Positions 18,375-27,752 of a DNA stretch of 64,000 nucleotides are shown here, in pieces. The stretch comes from a virus: the IMG/VR virus record IMGVR_UViG_3300044568_002523, one strand, 5' to 3'. The position numbers and the translations under genes are program-made. Position 1 is the stretch's first letter, and each line of letters opens with the position of its first letter. Under the pieces are notes generated by a model that was given only the letters and a program-made list of their open reading frames with translations, was not told the origin of the DNA and searched no databases.

Positions 18375-20141
18375 ATGAAAGAAGAATTATTTAATTATAC
18401 AGTAAAAAGATATAACGTATCGGAGTACTCGGACACGAATCCTATTCGACCTCTTAAAAAAGAAGTTGATGATGATTTTTGGGGTTTAGTTGAAACTAAT
18501 ATGATTTCAACTAAACATACAAGTTATACGCCTTGGGGTGACTATACCTTTAAAGCGGATTATGATACAGAAGAAAAATTTGTAGAACATTACGCAAACC
18601 CATTTGCTCACTTATTTTTTAATAGAGTGACTATCTGCGTGACTAAAGAGAATGATAAAGTCTCCTTCAAGGTATTCAGTTATATTAAAACAAGACGAGT
18701 TGCTGGTAAGTGGTTTAAAGTTCGGACTAATTGTGAATTTATTACTTTTAACTATAAAACAAACGCATTATATACCGGTTCATTAGAGAATTACCATTTG
18801 AAAAGAAAATGCCGTAAGAGAGTTAGTAGAGTTATGTTTAATCACGACCCTATTAATAATATGAGACGACATTTAAGAGATTCGTTGAACACAATAGTTG
18901 ATAAAAAAGTGGTGGATATTCCAACAATTATCAATCAGGTTATCTCAACTTTTGTGAATGCCATTCCCGGAACTGAACTATATGCTGATTTACTTCCTGA
19001 GCAAAGAATCTATAAAAGATATTTGGATGCTCAAGGAACCAAAGTCCCAAACAATTGGTTTGAACTTATGAATGCCTACCCCCAACCAAAGAAGAAAGAT
19101 TTGGTGAAGTGTGAGTATAAGTATATTGATGCTCTGATGAGAGTTCATAAATTAAAGGGGGATAAAGTTAAAAGGGTATTACATAACGTTAAATCATTTG
19201 AGGGTGTGACTAATTTTAATAATGCTTGTTCAATATTTGGTGATAAGTTTATTTTAAATCAACCGGATGAGTTTATCCAATTATTGTTGGAACATAATAC
19301 ACAAAGTACATTTCATAATGATATTGGAAAAGGATTGTTAACCAAAAAAGAATTTTCTAATTTCTTTGAAATATATAAATTATTTCAAAAAGGATTAGTT
19401 AACCATTATGTGATTCAAGACCACTTTAGATTTTATCGTTTATTGGACCAAATGGAACCGGTTAAATGGACTTCAAGAACTCACGATGAGTTTGTTCAAG
19501 AACATTATGATTGGTCGGAGAAATACAACCATTATACAAACGGTGACTTCAATAGAATCTACAACCAAGTGTTTGTTGATAAAATAAATGAGGTTATCTT
19601 AACCAAAGATGGTCCATATTTTCCTGAGGTGTTAATAACGTCCAAACGATACAACAACGAGTCGTTCTTCCAAAACAATTGTGTTAAGACTTATATTAAA
19701 CGTGTGGGTTCTGTATTGATATCATTAAGACGTGGTGAGGGAGAAACTGAAGAAAGAGCATCAATTGAGATTGAGGTGACTCCACTTGTGTTTCCGGATG
19801 AGATGTATTTTAATTTAAGGAGAGTTCAAACCTTGGGAAAACGTAACAGTAGGTTAGATAATAGTTGGGACGATGTTTTGAGTAAATTAGATGATAGAAT
19901 TGAATATATTGTTCGTGAAAGATTGTTTGATACATTACAGATTGATGGTGAATTTGGTGGAAGGAAAGTATTCTCTGATTACACTATTAAGGAATATAAT
20001 AGAACAGGGTATAATATCGGTGTTACAAGTATTAAAAAAGGTGTGTATTTAGATTGGGAAAACAATTCAATTATGAAATTAAATTCGTATAATTATAACA
20101 TTGTTCCAATTGAAATTGATAGGGACGCATTAGATTTTTAA
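18375..20141 (+). CDS. large hypothetical protein (start refined to MKEELFNY downstream of the promoter)
   Basis: 589-aa ORF. The first ATG of the track ORF lies inside the -7 box. Confidence 0.6.
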   Translation: MKEELFNYTVKRYNVSEYSDTNPIRPLKKEVDDDFWGLVETNMISTKHTSYTPWGDYTFKADYDTEEKFVEHYANPFAHLFFNRVTICVTKENDKVSFKVFSYIKTRRVAGKWFKVRTNCEFITFNYKTNALYTGSLENYHLKRKCRKRVSRVMFNHDPINNMRRHLRDSLNTIVDKKVVDIPTIINQVISTFVNAIPGTELYADLLPEQRIYKRYLDAQGTKVPNNWFELMNAYPQPKKKDLVKCEYKYIDALMRVHKLKGDKVKRVLHNVKSFEGVTNFNNACSIFGDKFILNQPDEFIQLLLEHNTQSTFHNDIGKGLLTKKEFSNFFEIYKLFQKGLVNHYVIQDHFRFYRLLDQMEPVKWTSRTHDEFVQEHYDWSEKYNHYTNGDFNRIYNQVFVDKINEVILTKDGPYFPEVLITSKRYNNESFFQNNCVKTYIKRVGSVLISLRRGEGETEERASIEIEVTPLVFPDEMYFNLRRVQTLGKRNSRLDNSWDDVLSKLDDRIEYIVRERLFDTLQIDGEFGGRKVFSDYTIKEYNRTGYNIGVTSIKKGVYLDWENNSIMKLNSYNYNIVPIEIDRDALDF

Positions 20142-20142
20142 T

Positions 20143-20466
20143 ATGAAAGAGATACCACAACATTGTATAGATACGTTTAAATCTAGGTTCTTAACCCAAC
20201 CAAGTATTATTGAAGTGTATCCAAGCCTGTCTAATGAAGACACGGATAAATTATTAAATAAATCACTCTTACTATGGTTTGATTATTTTGTAAATAATGA
20301 ACACGACATAGTTTATAAAGATAGATTATACGAATATGACTCTACGGGAATTTTAATTTTACGGAAGTCACAAACTAAGATATTTATTTTAACAAGAGTG
20401 GATAAACAAAACGTAGTAGACTATTTGTTACTACAATTAAAACGATTAACAACAAAAAAAGATTAA
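20143..20466 (+). CDS. hypothetical protein
   Basis: 107-aa ORF. Confidence 0.5.
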   Translation: MKEIPQHCIDTFKSRFLTQPSIIEVYPSLSNEDTDKLLNKSLLLWFDYFVNNEHDIVYKDRLYEYDSTGILILRKSQTKIFILTRVDKQNVVDYLLLQLKRLTTKKD

Positions 20467-20468
20467 GT

Positions 20469-20792
20469 ATGGAAATTACACAAGAATTATTGCAGGAAAA
20501 AATTAACAATGGGGAAAAATTAATTGTAAACTTCAAAGCCAGTTGGTGCGGACCCTGTTCTATGATGAAACCAATGTTTGAAAGAGTTGCTGAACAATAT
20601 AAAAAAGAAAATTCTGAAGTTCAACTATACATTATGGATGTGGAAAAAAACAGAGACATTGCGGTTAAATATGGTGTTAGAGCTGTCCCAACAATTAAAG
20701 TGTTCAACAATGGTGATGTTGTGGATTCTAAAACAGGTGTTCAGATGGAAGGACAAATAAAAGATTTGGCAACTAACCTAATCAATGGATAA
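20469..20792 (+). CDS. thioredoxin
   Basis: WCGPC active site in thioredoxin-fold context (KASWCGPCSMMKP…VPTIKVFNNG). Confidence 0.85.
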   Translation: MEITQELLQEKINNGEKLIVNFKASWCGPCSMMKPMFERVAEQYKKENSEVQLYIMDVEKNRDIAVKYGVRAVPTIKVFNNGDVVDSKTGVQMEGQIKDLATNLING

Positions 20793-21072
20793 GTTACTAA
20801 TTCTTTTCACGATGGAAGGTTGTCCTTATTGTGAAATAATGAAAACACAATTAAAGGAATCCAATATCCCATTTGAGGTTAGAGATATTCACGAACACAA
20901 GGATGAATATGATATGTTTGTTGAGATAACCGAGAATGAATTTGTTCCGGCATTTATGATTGTTGAATCACCGGACACAGATGACCATAAGAGTTATCTA
21001 TACGCACCGGAAAGAGATTACAACGAGATTGAGGAAGGTGTTGCAATTATTAAAGAACATTTTGGAAAATAA
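20785..21072 (+). CDS. glutaredoxin-like protein (NrdH-like)
   Basis: CPYC active site near the N-terminus (MEGCPYCEIMK), 95 aa. Confidence 0.7.
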   Translation: MDKLLILFTMEGCPYCEIMKTQLKESNIPFEVRDIHEHKDEYDMFVEITENEFVPAFMIVESPDTDDHKSYLYAPERDYNEIEEGVAIIKEHFGK

Positions 21073-21107
21073 TTTAACCCCCAATCTTGGGAGTTTTTAA
21101 TTTATGG

Positions 21108-21116
21108 GATATTTAT
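21108..21116 (+). promoter_or_regulatory. conserved start-proximal motif GATATTTAT (class 2 element)
   Basis: Lies 4 nt upstream of the ATG at 21121. The motif plus about the first 30 coding nt are near-identical to 55609-55650. Confidence 0.5.
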
Positions 21117-21120
21117 TATT

Positions 21121-21642
21121 ATGAAAATAGTAATTAAAGAATCTCAGTATAAATTTTTGGTTGAGCAAACCACACCACCGGCAACTACACCACCGGCAAC
21201 TACACCACCGGCAACTACAACACCGGCAACAGGTCCTAAACCTATGTTTGGTACTCCGGAACAAAGGGCGGCGGCTAAAGCTAAAAGAGAAGGGAACCGC
21301 AAAAAGAGTTTTGATATTTCTGTGGGAAATGCTTACGGAATGGGATTTGTTGAAAAAGTTAGTGATGAGGAGTTCAATAGTGGATGTGAGGTAGATAATA
21401 ACCAAGAATTAAAATATTTAAACAGTACAAGTCCTGAAATACCGAATGTTGTCTATAGAGAAGTTCAAGATGGCACTAAAGTTAAAATCAATATGAAAAA
21501 ATATTTTGCTTATGTTAGAAAACAAAATAAACAAGCTGACGTACCTTTAGATGGGTTACAGGCTCCTAATTTTAAGGCGACAAAATGTGGTGTTTCTAAA
21601 GCGGCTGCTAGTCAATCTAAAAGTGATTGGGCTAAAAAATAA
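21121..21642 (+). CDS. hypothetical protein with MKIVIKE N-terminal motif and (TTPPA)x4 linker
   Basis: 173 aa. The antisense/alternate ORFs are artefacts of the repeat. Confidence 0.55.
   Translation: MKIVIKESQYKFLVEQTTPPATTPPATTPPATTTPATGPKPMFGTPEQRAAAKAKREGNRKKSFDISVGNAYGMGFVEKVSDEEFNSGCEVDNNQELKYLNSTSPEIPNVVYREVQDGTKVKINMKKYFAYVRKQNKQADVPLDGLQAPNFKATKCGVSKAAASQSKSDWAKK
21172..21235 (+). repeat. short tandem repeat (15 nt, caccaccggcaacta) encoding TTPPA x4
   Basis: Direct repeats seen in the sequence. Confidence 0.8.
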
Positions 21643-21644
21643 AA

Positions 21645-21671
21645 AATCCCCTTGATTGGGGATTTTCTTTT
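21645..21671. terminator. bidirectional rho-independent terminator
   Basis: ATCCCC-TTGATT-GGGGAT stem-loop followed by T-rich run. Lies between convergent genes. Confidence 0.65.
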
Positions 21672-22489
21672 TAAAATAATATTAGGTCTTTTAATTTATC
21701 TTTAACTAGCCAAGGTTTTTTATCAAATGGTTTGGTTAAGTCTTCTATAATATCGTAATCTTTAATTTTATTGTTGAATATCAACATATCAAAATCAAAC
21801 ACATCTAACACCATTGAGATAACGTCTTTTTTAACGTATAGAGTATTTGATTTAATATCGATTTGATTGTCCTCATCCACTTTAACGGACGAATATTTGA
21901 AAGTTAACTTGTCTGTTAGTAATATATCTAATAATTGATTAGAGATGTATTCTGAATAGTATAACTCTTGTCTCCCCATACTCAAACTATATCCGTGAGG
22001 AAACTCAGATGATATATTCAACGGAGCGTAGGTGAAATAATCTAAATTAGAAGTGTCGTCCTCGGAGTAATCCAATTCGTATTCTAATTTTGTGGTGTAT
22101 GAGATGGAGTTAAATTTAAGTTGGGGGTTATCAACTAATGTATTAATTACGTTATAGTGGTATATTGGTCGGGTTGAATTATAAAAGTCAAAAGTGTAAT
22201 CGGTTTTTTTTGATAAGTCCCGGTCATACATTATCAAATCAATTACGTTAACGTTTTCATATCCAAAGTTTGTTAATAATGGTTTATAAGTTTCAAGGAA
22301 TGTTTCTTTTACTTTAACCATATCTAAAATTTTTTCTGAGTTGGTCATCCCATTAATTATGAAGAATTTACCGCAATCGGTCACTTCTATAACCACATCA
22401 TATTGATGGGTTTTATTTATCAGGTTAACTATATAATCGGAGAATAAATTAACCAATCCTCTGTTTGAGTTTTCATTTATGTATTTCAT
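21671..22489 (-). CDS. hypothetical protein
   Basis: 272-aa minus-strand ORF. Confidence 0.55.
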   Translation of the reverse strand: MKYINENSNRGLVNLFSDYIVNLINKTHQYDVVIEVTDCGKFFIINGMTNSEKILDMVKVKETFLETYKPLLTNFGYENVNVIDLIMYDRDLSKKTDYTFDFYNSTRPIYHYNVINTLVDNPQLKFNSISYTTKLEYELDYSEDDTSNLDYFTYAPLNISSEFPHGYSLSMGRQELYYSEYISNQLLDILLTDKLTFKYSSVKVDEDNQIDIKSNTLYVKKDVISMVLDVFDFDMLIFNNKIKDYDIIEDLTKPFDKKPWLVKDKLKDLILF

Positions 22490-22590
22490 ATTTTTAAATT
22501 ATACGAAATGATATAGAAATTAATTTTAATTATAAATAAAAAAGGGAACAAAATGTCCCCTAAAATTTTTTAACCCCAAACGTTTAGATA

Positions 22591-22734
22591 TTACTTTTTG
22601 TAATATTTTTGAACCACCTTACGAATTGACTCTTGAATAGGTTGTGAAGTCGGTTGACTTTGAGTTGTTTGAGTATTCGTTTGTTGTGCTGGTGGTGGAG
22701 TTTGATTTCCTTGATTTTTACATCCGCATCCCAT
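22591..22734 (-). CDS. small Cys/Gln/Thr-rich hypothetical protein (MGCGCKNQ…)
   Basis: 47-aa ORF below the track cutoff. A GATATTTAT motif lies 26 nt upstream on the minus strand. Confidence 0.25.
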   Translation of the reverse strand: MGCGCKNQGNQTPPPAQQTNTQTTQSQPTSQPIQESIRKVVQKYYKK

Positions 22735-22811
22735 AGCAATTAGATTTTAAAGTTTATATCCATAAATATCATTAAGAATGCTAATAAGTAAATAAATTTT
22801 GTATCTTCGTG

Positions 22812-22820
22812 GATATTTAT
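22812..22820 (+). promoter_or_regulatory. GATATTTAT class 2 element
   Basis: Lies 4 nt upstream of the ATG at 22825. It forms a divergent pair with the minus-strand copy near 22760. Confidence 0.45.
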
Positions 22821-22824
22821 TACT

Positions 22825-24189
22825 ATGGGTAGAAAATTAAGACTTACAGAATCCGAATTATATAAAGTAATCAAAAAAATAGTTGAACAAACTGAGGATG
22901 AATATTATAGAATATCACCTGAGGATTACTTAGATATGATGCAATACGCCAGTTATAATGGTAACGTATTTAGAAAAATGAAAAAATATGGTGGAAAACC
23001 ATTATATATTACAGGTGATTTAAATTTAAGTGGTTTACCGGTTAAAGACATTGGACCAATAGGTTATGTTGATGGGACATTATATATTCGTGATACTAAT
23101 ATATCTGATTTGGGTAATTTACAAGTTAAAAACTATATTAGTGACTCTGGCACTCCTCGTGAGAGAATTAGAGACAAACAAGAACTTGATACTAAATTAG
23201 CACAACAAGAATCACTTCGTGATAGTGATGAGTGGGCTTTAGAACAGGGGGATGAGACCGGAGAGAAAGCTCACGCGTTATTTGATAACTTAGTTAATAA
23301 TGGTGAGATTGAACCATTATCGGAGGAGGATATTGAAAAATTAACAATTTTGAGACGTAAACTTCAAGATTTGGAACAAGAGTATGAGGGACTTGATGAT
23401 AATGACGAGAGAGCGTATGAATTACAAGAAACTATTGATGAAACACAAACAGAAATTGAAGAATTAGAAGAGAGTAATGTTGATGTTTATATGATGTATC
23501 CACATCCAAGATATACCCACTATGGTTTAACACAATTTGAGATTTTACTACCGGGATTCAAAAATAATGAATACTCTGTTGGGACTGAAGAAGAAATGGA
23601 TGAGGCGGCATTACAATACGCTAAAAATTATATTGATGATGTGGGAGCAGATGGGTTTAATGAATCATTTATTGAAGATTATTTGGATGTTGATGCAATC
23701 GTTAGTATGGCAGAAGATGATTATGAATATCAAGTTAGAGATTATCCTGATAGTTATTTTAATGATGATGATTTTGAATTAACGGAAGAACAAGAAGAAA
23801 GAATTGCTCAACTTGAATCTCAAATAGAAGATTTAGAACAACAAAAACTTGAATTGGATTCAGATGATGAAAATTATTATGACTATGAAGAAGATTTAGA
23901 TAATCAGATAGAAGCTCTCCAAGAAGAATTAGATAGTATTGAAGTTGATACTGAACCAACCGAAGATATGATTGAGAATAAAGTTGCGGAACTTGTTAGA
24001 GACGTAAGAAGAGACCCATTAGATTATCTTAAAAACTATGGGTTATCTATTAAAGAATATATTGATGAAGATGCTTTAGCTCAAGGGTTAGTTGACTCTG
24101 ATGGTTGGGGTGTTATGAATGGATATGACGGTCAATATGATAGTGAAGAAGTTAATGGTATTACGTATTATATAATGAGGATTCAATAA
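22825..24189 (+). CDS. hypothetical highly acidic coiled-coil protein with N-terminal LRR-like segment
   Basis: 454 aa with long D/E-rich heptad regions. Confidence 0.6.
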   Translation: MGRKLRLTESELYKVIKKIVEQTEDEYYRISPEDYLDMMQYASYNGNVFRKMKKYGGKPLYITGDLNLSGLPVKDIGPIGYVDGTLYIRDTNISDLGNLQVKNYISDSGTPRERIRDKQELDTKLAQQESLRDSDEWALEQGDETGEKAHALFDNLVNNGEIEPLSEEDIEKLTILRRKLQDLEQEYEGLDDNDERAYELQETIDETQTEIEELEESNVDVYMMYPHPRYTHYGLTQFEILLPGFKNNEYSVGTEEEMDEAALQYAKNYIDDVGADGFNESFIEDYLDVDAIVSMAEDDYEYQVRDYPDSYFNDDDFELTEEQEERIAQLESQIEDLEQQKLELDSDDENYYDYEEDLDNQIEALQEELDSIEVDTEPTEDMIENKVAELVRDVRRDPLDYLKNYGLSIKEYIDEDALAQGLVDSDGWGVMNGYDGQYDSEEVNGITYYIMRIQ

Positions 24190-24237
24190 AACTATTCCTT
24201 TTTTCAATATTTTCCCGTATATTTGAAATAATACAAT

Positions 24238-25005
24238 ATGGAAATGAGACAGAAAAATAAGAATAATTTTATAATGGATACTGATTGGTTGTTTGACGGC
24301 ATTTTAGATGCGGAACAAAAACAATATGTATTATTAGATTACTTCCAAAAGATGAATAAACATCTTGAAAGAATGGAAGTCTACCCAATGTTTATTGAAC
24401 TTTCATTACATTTGGGTAACATACAAACCTTACTAACCCAAAACAAAATCTTATATGTAGATAAAAAATTAACATCTACTGATGATGAATTGGTGTTAAA
24501 TGATTTAAAGGTTAGGGACATCCCGGTGCTTGACGACGAAGAAGTGATTGAATATCAAAAAATATTAAAAAATAGTCAACCACAACTACACGACTACTTC
24601 AACTTTGCAAAATCAATATGGAGTATTGTTTACGATTCCATCGATGTTGTTGTGAAAAAAAACAAAAATAATTTACAAAGTAAATCAGGGTTTTTTTCTT
24701 ATAAAACACCGGAAATATTATACGTTTGGCAATACACCACAAGAAAAGTGTATAAAACTAAAAACCAAACAAAAACATCTTTAAAATTAATTTTTAAAGG
24801 TCAACAAGATAATTTGACTATCCCGGAAATTATCTCTACTTTTTCAAAAACATATGAGAAAAACAATGAAGTTGGTTATCCAATCTTTGAGGTGTTTTGT
24901 AATGATATATTTCCGTTAGAGCAAACTTTAGTTCCAATCTTTAAAAGAAAAATATTATCGTATGTTAACCAAAACGTTACTATAACAAGAAAATTAATAT
25001 CATAA
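24238..25005 (+). CDS. hypothetical protein
   Basis: 255-aa ORF. Confidence 0.55.
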   Translation: MEMRQKNKNNFIMDTDWLFDGILDAEQKQYVLLDYFQKMNKHLERMEVYPMFIELSLHLGNIQTLLTQNKILYVDKKLTSTDDELVLNDLKVRDIPVLDDEEVIEYQKILKNSQPQLHDYFNFAKSIWSIVYDSIDVVVKKNKNNLQSKSGFFSYKTPEILYVWQYTTRKVYKTKNQTKTSLKLIFKGQQDNLTIPEIISTFSKTYEKNNEVGYPIFEVFCNDIFPLEQTLVPIFKRKILSYVNQNVTITRKLIS

Positions 25006-25187
25006 TGGACAAAAAACAGATTAAATCGTTAATGGATAAGTTAAGACAACCAATCCATATTAATTACATCTCAAAGTATATTTTAAAACTTGATAAGGAT
25101 GAAACAAAAAAACAATTAGATATTTTAATATCTGAAGGTTATGTCAAAGAAAGTAACATAGCTGATGGATACTATGTTGTTGTCTAA
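25005..25187 (+). CDS. small hypothetical protein
   Basis: 60 aa with ATGA overlap. Confidence 0.35.
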   Translation: MDKKQIKSLMDKLRQPIHINYISKYILKLDKDETKKQLDILISEGYVKESNIADGYYVVV

Positions 25188-25395
25188 AAAAACATATTAT
25201 ATAGGTGTTGGTTGTAGTCAAACTGTGATTAAAGGTTTTAATCAATCAATATTGTATAGTAAATCACCATCAGGTTGGTCACTCAGACTTAATAACGGGA
25301 TTGGTGTTAATGTTACAACAAAACCATTATTCTCAGTTAGAAATGGGTATGTAAAAAGTATTAAATTAGGGAAATATTATATAGTAAAATTATGA
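25165..25395 (+). CDS. small hypothetical protein
   Basis: 76-aa ORF. Confidence 0.35.
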   Translation: MDTMLLSKKTYYIGVGCSQTVIKGFNQSILYSKSPSGWSLRLNNGIGVNVTTKPLFSVRNGYVKSIKLGKYYIVKL

Positions 25396-25799
25396 TTCAT
25401 AAAGTAAGTAAAGCATTTGAAGCAATCGAACCATTAAAGGAAAATAGGTTCGTGATTAATGTTAATGAAGAAGTTAACATTCCAGAATATTTGTTTCGTA
25501 AATTTCATATTGAAAATGTTGGTGAAGATTTTATTTTCACAACAGAAATTTATCAAACTGTAAAATATACATTTAACCCTGCGGATTTAACAAAAATTAC
25601 GACTATTGTTCTTAAATTTTTAGGACCGGTTGGTGATTTAGTTGGAGGATTACATATGTTAGTTAAAGGTTCTAATATGGAAATGGTTGGTGATTGGGGT
25701 AGTGATGAATTACTAATTGTTAAATTTAGATTTGTAATTAAACCTGAAGATATTAATTTATTGTGTGGTGATATTAAAAAAGAAGAAGATGGAAAATAA
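25392..25799 (+). CDS. hypothetical protein
   Basis: 135-aa ORF. Confidence 0.5.
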   Translation: MIHKVSKAFEAIEPLKENRFVINVNEEVNIPEYLFRKFHIENVGEDFIFTTEIYQTVKYTFNPADLTKITTIVLKFLGPVGDLVGGLHMLVKGSNMEMVGDWGSDELLIVKFRFVIKPEDINLLCGDIKKEEDGK

Positions 25800-26025
25800 T
25801 AAAGAAATGGTTAATCACCCTAGTCATTACGGGGGAAAAGATAATGTTTATGAAGTTGTAAAAGTATGTGAAGCTTGGGGTCTTGATAAAGACGCTTATA
25901 TCTTCAACGTAGTTAAGTATGTTGCAAGAGCGGGTAAGAAAGACACAGATAAAGAACTTCAGGATATGAAAAAAGCGTTGTGGTATTTGAATCGTAAAAT
26001 TGAAAGATTAGAAAATGGAAGTTAA
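25789..26025 (+). CDS. DUF3310-like phage protein (HPSHY motif)
   Basis: MENNKEMVNHPSHYGG… The HPxHY motif is characteristic of the phage DUF3310 family. Start refined to the internal ATG. Confidence 0.5.
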   Translation: MENNKEMVNHPSHYGGKDNVYEVVKVCEAWGLDKDAYIFNVVKYVARAGKKDTDKELQDMKKALWYLNRKIERLENGS

Positions 26026-26189
26026 TAAAGAGTATTTAGAAATTTTATTAGGAAAAGAAATTTTAGATTTCAAAGTGGGGGTTACTAAAAATGGAATTAC
26101 TGAGGTTAAAGTTATTCCTAAATCACAGGTTCAAGAGATTGAAGTGACACTTTATGTTAATAAAGAAAGAATAGATGAGAATGTTAGTT
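26013..26189 (+). CDS. small hypothetical protein
   Basis: 58-aa ORF below the track cutoff, filling the gap between neighbours. Confidence 0.3.
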
Positions 26190-26477
26190 AATATTGACGA
26201 ATATGCCGAAGGTGCAGTTCTATTAGACGGATTAGAAAGTGCAATCGTTGGGATTGTTGAAGACTTTGGTTCTCCGGGAAGAAAGATGTTATATTCAAAA
26301 CAAAGAATATTAAATATCCTACAAGAAAGAGACCTAATGACGATGAGTGAGGCTGAAGAGTTTTACGATTATAACATAATAGGTTTGTATGCGGGTGAAC
26401 AGAACCCAATTTTTTTAGATTTAGAAATAACGCCAATTAAAAAAGAAGATGGTTGGGAATACCAATTAACAGAATAA
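26175..26477 (+). CDS. hypothetical protein
   Basis: 100-aa ORF. Confidence 0.45.
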   Translation: MRMLVNIDEYAEGAVLLDGLESAIVGIVEDFGSPGRKMLYSKQRILNILQERDLMTMSEAEEFYDYNIIGLYAGEQNPIFLDLEITPIKKEDGWEYQLTE

Positions 26478-26478
26478 T

Positions 26479-27336
26479 ATGATAGAAACAGGAAAGATTA
26501 TAAATGGTGATTGTGTTGAGGTAATGAAAAGTTTACCTGAAGGTTGTATCGATATGGTGGTTACTAGTCCCCCATATTCTGCGGGGATTAAATATGATGT
26601 GTATGATGATAATACACCAATGGATGAATATTGGGAATTTACTAAAAAATGGTTGTCAGGTGTTTACAGAGTATTAAAAGATGACGGAAGAGTTGCTATT
26701 AATGTTCCAATAGAAATGAACGTTCAAGAAAGAGGTGGAAGAATATTATTTAACGCAGAGTTTTGGATGGTGATGAAAGAAGTTGGATTCAAATTTTTTG
26801 GGATGATTGATTTGACTGAGGATTCTCCCCATCGAGTTAGACAAACAGCTTGGGGTAGTTGGATGAGTAATAGTCAGCCTTACATTTATAATCCAAAAGA
26901 GTGTGTGATATTGGCTTATAAAAATTCACCTAAGAAATTAACCAAAGGGGAATCTCAGTGGATGGGAACTCCAACCGAAATTACTGATGAAAATGGTAAA
27001 GTCAGAACCAAAATGGTTTATAAAGATGAAGACAAGAAAGAGTTTATGAACTTGGTGTTTGGACGATGGGAATACTTTGCTGATACTAAATCATTAACAA
27101 AGGCCACATTCTCTATGGACATCCCGGTTAAAGCCATCAAGATATTATCATATAAGAACGATATAGTTCTTGACCCATTTATGGGAAGTGGAACATCAGC
27201 GGTTGCTGCTGAAACATTAGGGAGACGATGGTTGGGAATTGAGTTATCACCAAACTATACCGATATAGCAAGAAAACGAGTGAATGCGTTTATTGAGGAC
27301 CGGAAACAATTAGAGTTAGAATTAAAAGAGGTGTAA
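26479..27336 (+). CDS. DNA methyltransferase, N4/N6 beta-class (pfam N6_N4_Mtase-like)
   Basis: Motif IV first (VVTSPPYS) and then motif I (VLDPFMGSGTSAVAA), which is the beta-class order. Confidence 0.8.
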   Translation: MIETGKIINGDCVEVMKSLPEGCIDMVVTSPPYSAGIKYDVYDDNTPMDEYWEFTKKWLSGVYRVLKDDGRVAINVPIEMNVQERGGRILFNAEFWMVMKEVGFKFFGMIDLTEDSPHRVRQTAWGSWMSNSQPYIYNPKECVILAYKNSPKKLTKGESQWMGTPTEITDENGKVRTKMVYKDEDKKEFMNLVFGRWEYFADTKSLTKATFSMDIPVKAIKILSYKNDIVLDPFMGSGTSAVAAETLGRRWLGIELSPNYTDIARKRVNAFIEDRKQLELELKEV

Positions 27337-27352
27337 CATCCTCTTTTTTTAT
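27327..27352 (+). terminator. rho-independent terminator
   Basis: AAGAGG…CCTCTT stem followed by T7. Confidence 0.6.
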
Positions 27353-27358
27353 TTCCCG

Positions 27359-27370
27359 GATATTTATAAA
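27359..27370 (+). promoter_or_regulatory. GATATTTATAAATAAAA element (class 2, extended; contains TATAAATA)
   Basis: The 17-mer is identical to the one at 32074-32090. The ATG at 27384 lies 16 nt downstream. Confidence 0.45.
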
Positions 27371-27383
27371 TAAAAATACAATT

Positions 27384-27752
27384 ATGGCAAAAAGATTTAT
27401 AATTTCAGAAGAAGAAAGAAGTGACATTCGTTCAAGATATGGGTTAGTTAATGAACAAGATAACTATGAAAATCATACCTTTATTAAAGGTATCCAACGA
27501 TTTTTAAATGAAAAAATTAGAGCGGGGTTAAAAGTTGACGGGTTGTCTGATAATAATTTAAAATCTGAAACCGCAAAAGCAATTGCAAAATATCAATCAA
27601 AAATAGGTGTTTATCCTACCGATGGTGTTTGGGGAAAAAAGACTTGGTCTAAAATGTCACCAAAAGATAAACAAAGATGTGAAGATTTAGTTGCTGAAGA
27701 AGGTGGTATTATTGATGAATTTATCAATTGGATGGGTAAAATGTTTAGTTAA
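27384..27752 (+). CDS. peptidoglycan-binding domain protein (PG_binding_1-like)
   Basis: LKVDGLSDNNLKSETAKAIAKYQSKIGVYPTDGVWGKKTW matches the PG-binding repeat. Confidence 0.55.
   Translation: MAKRFIISEEERSDIRSRYGLVNEQDNYENHTFIKGIQRFLNEKIRAGLKVDGLSDNNLKSETAKAIAKYQSKIGVYPTDGVWGKKTWSKMSPKDKQRCEDLVAEEGGIIDEFINWMGKMFS

Noticed and set aside
21097-21405. ORFs 21097-21405(-) and 21161-21394(+) with striking CSCRWCSCRW and HHRQLHHRQL repeats
   Set aside because: They are alternate-frame readouts of the caccaccggcaacta tandem repeat inside gene 21121-21642. The plus frame encoding TTPPA is the one continuous with flanking coding sequence.
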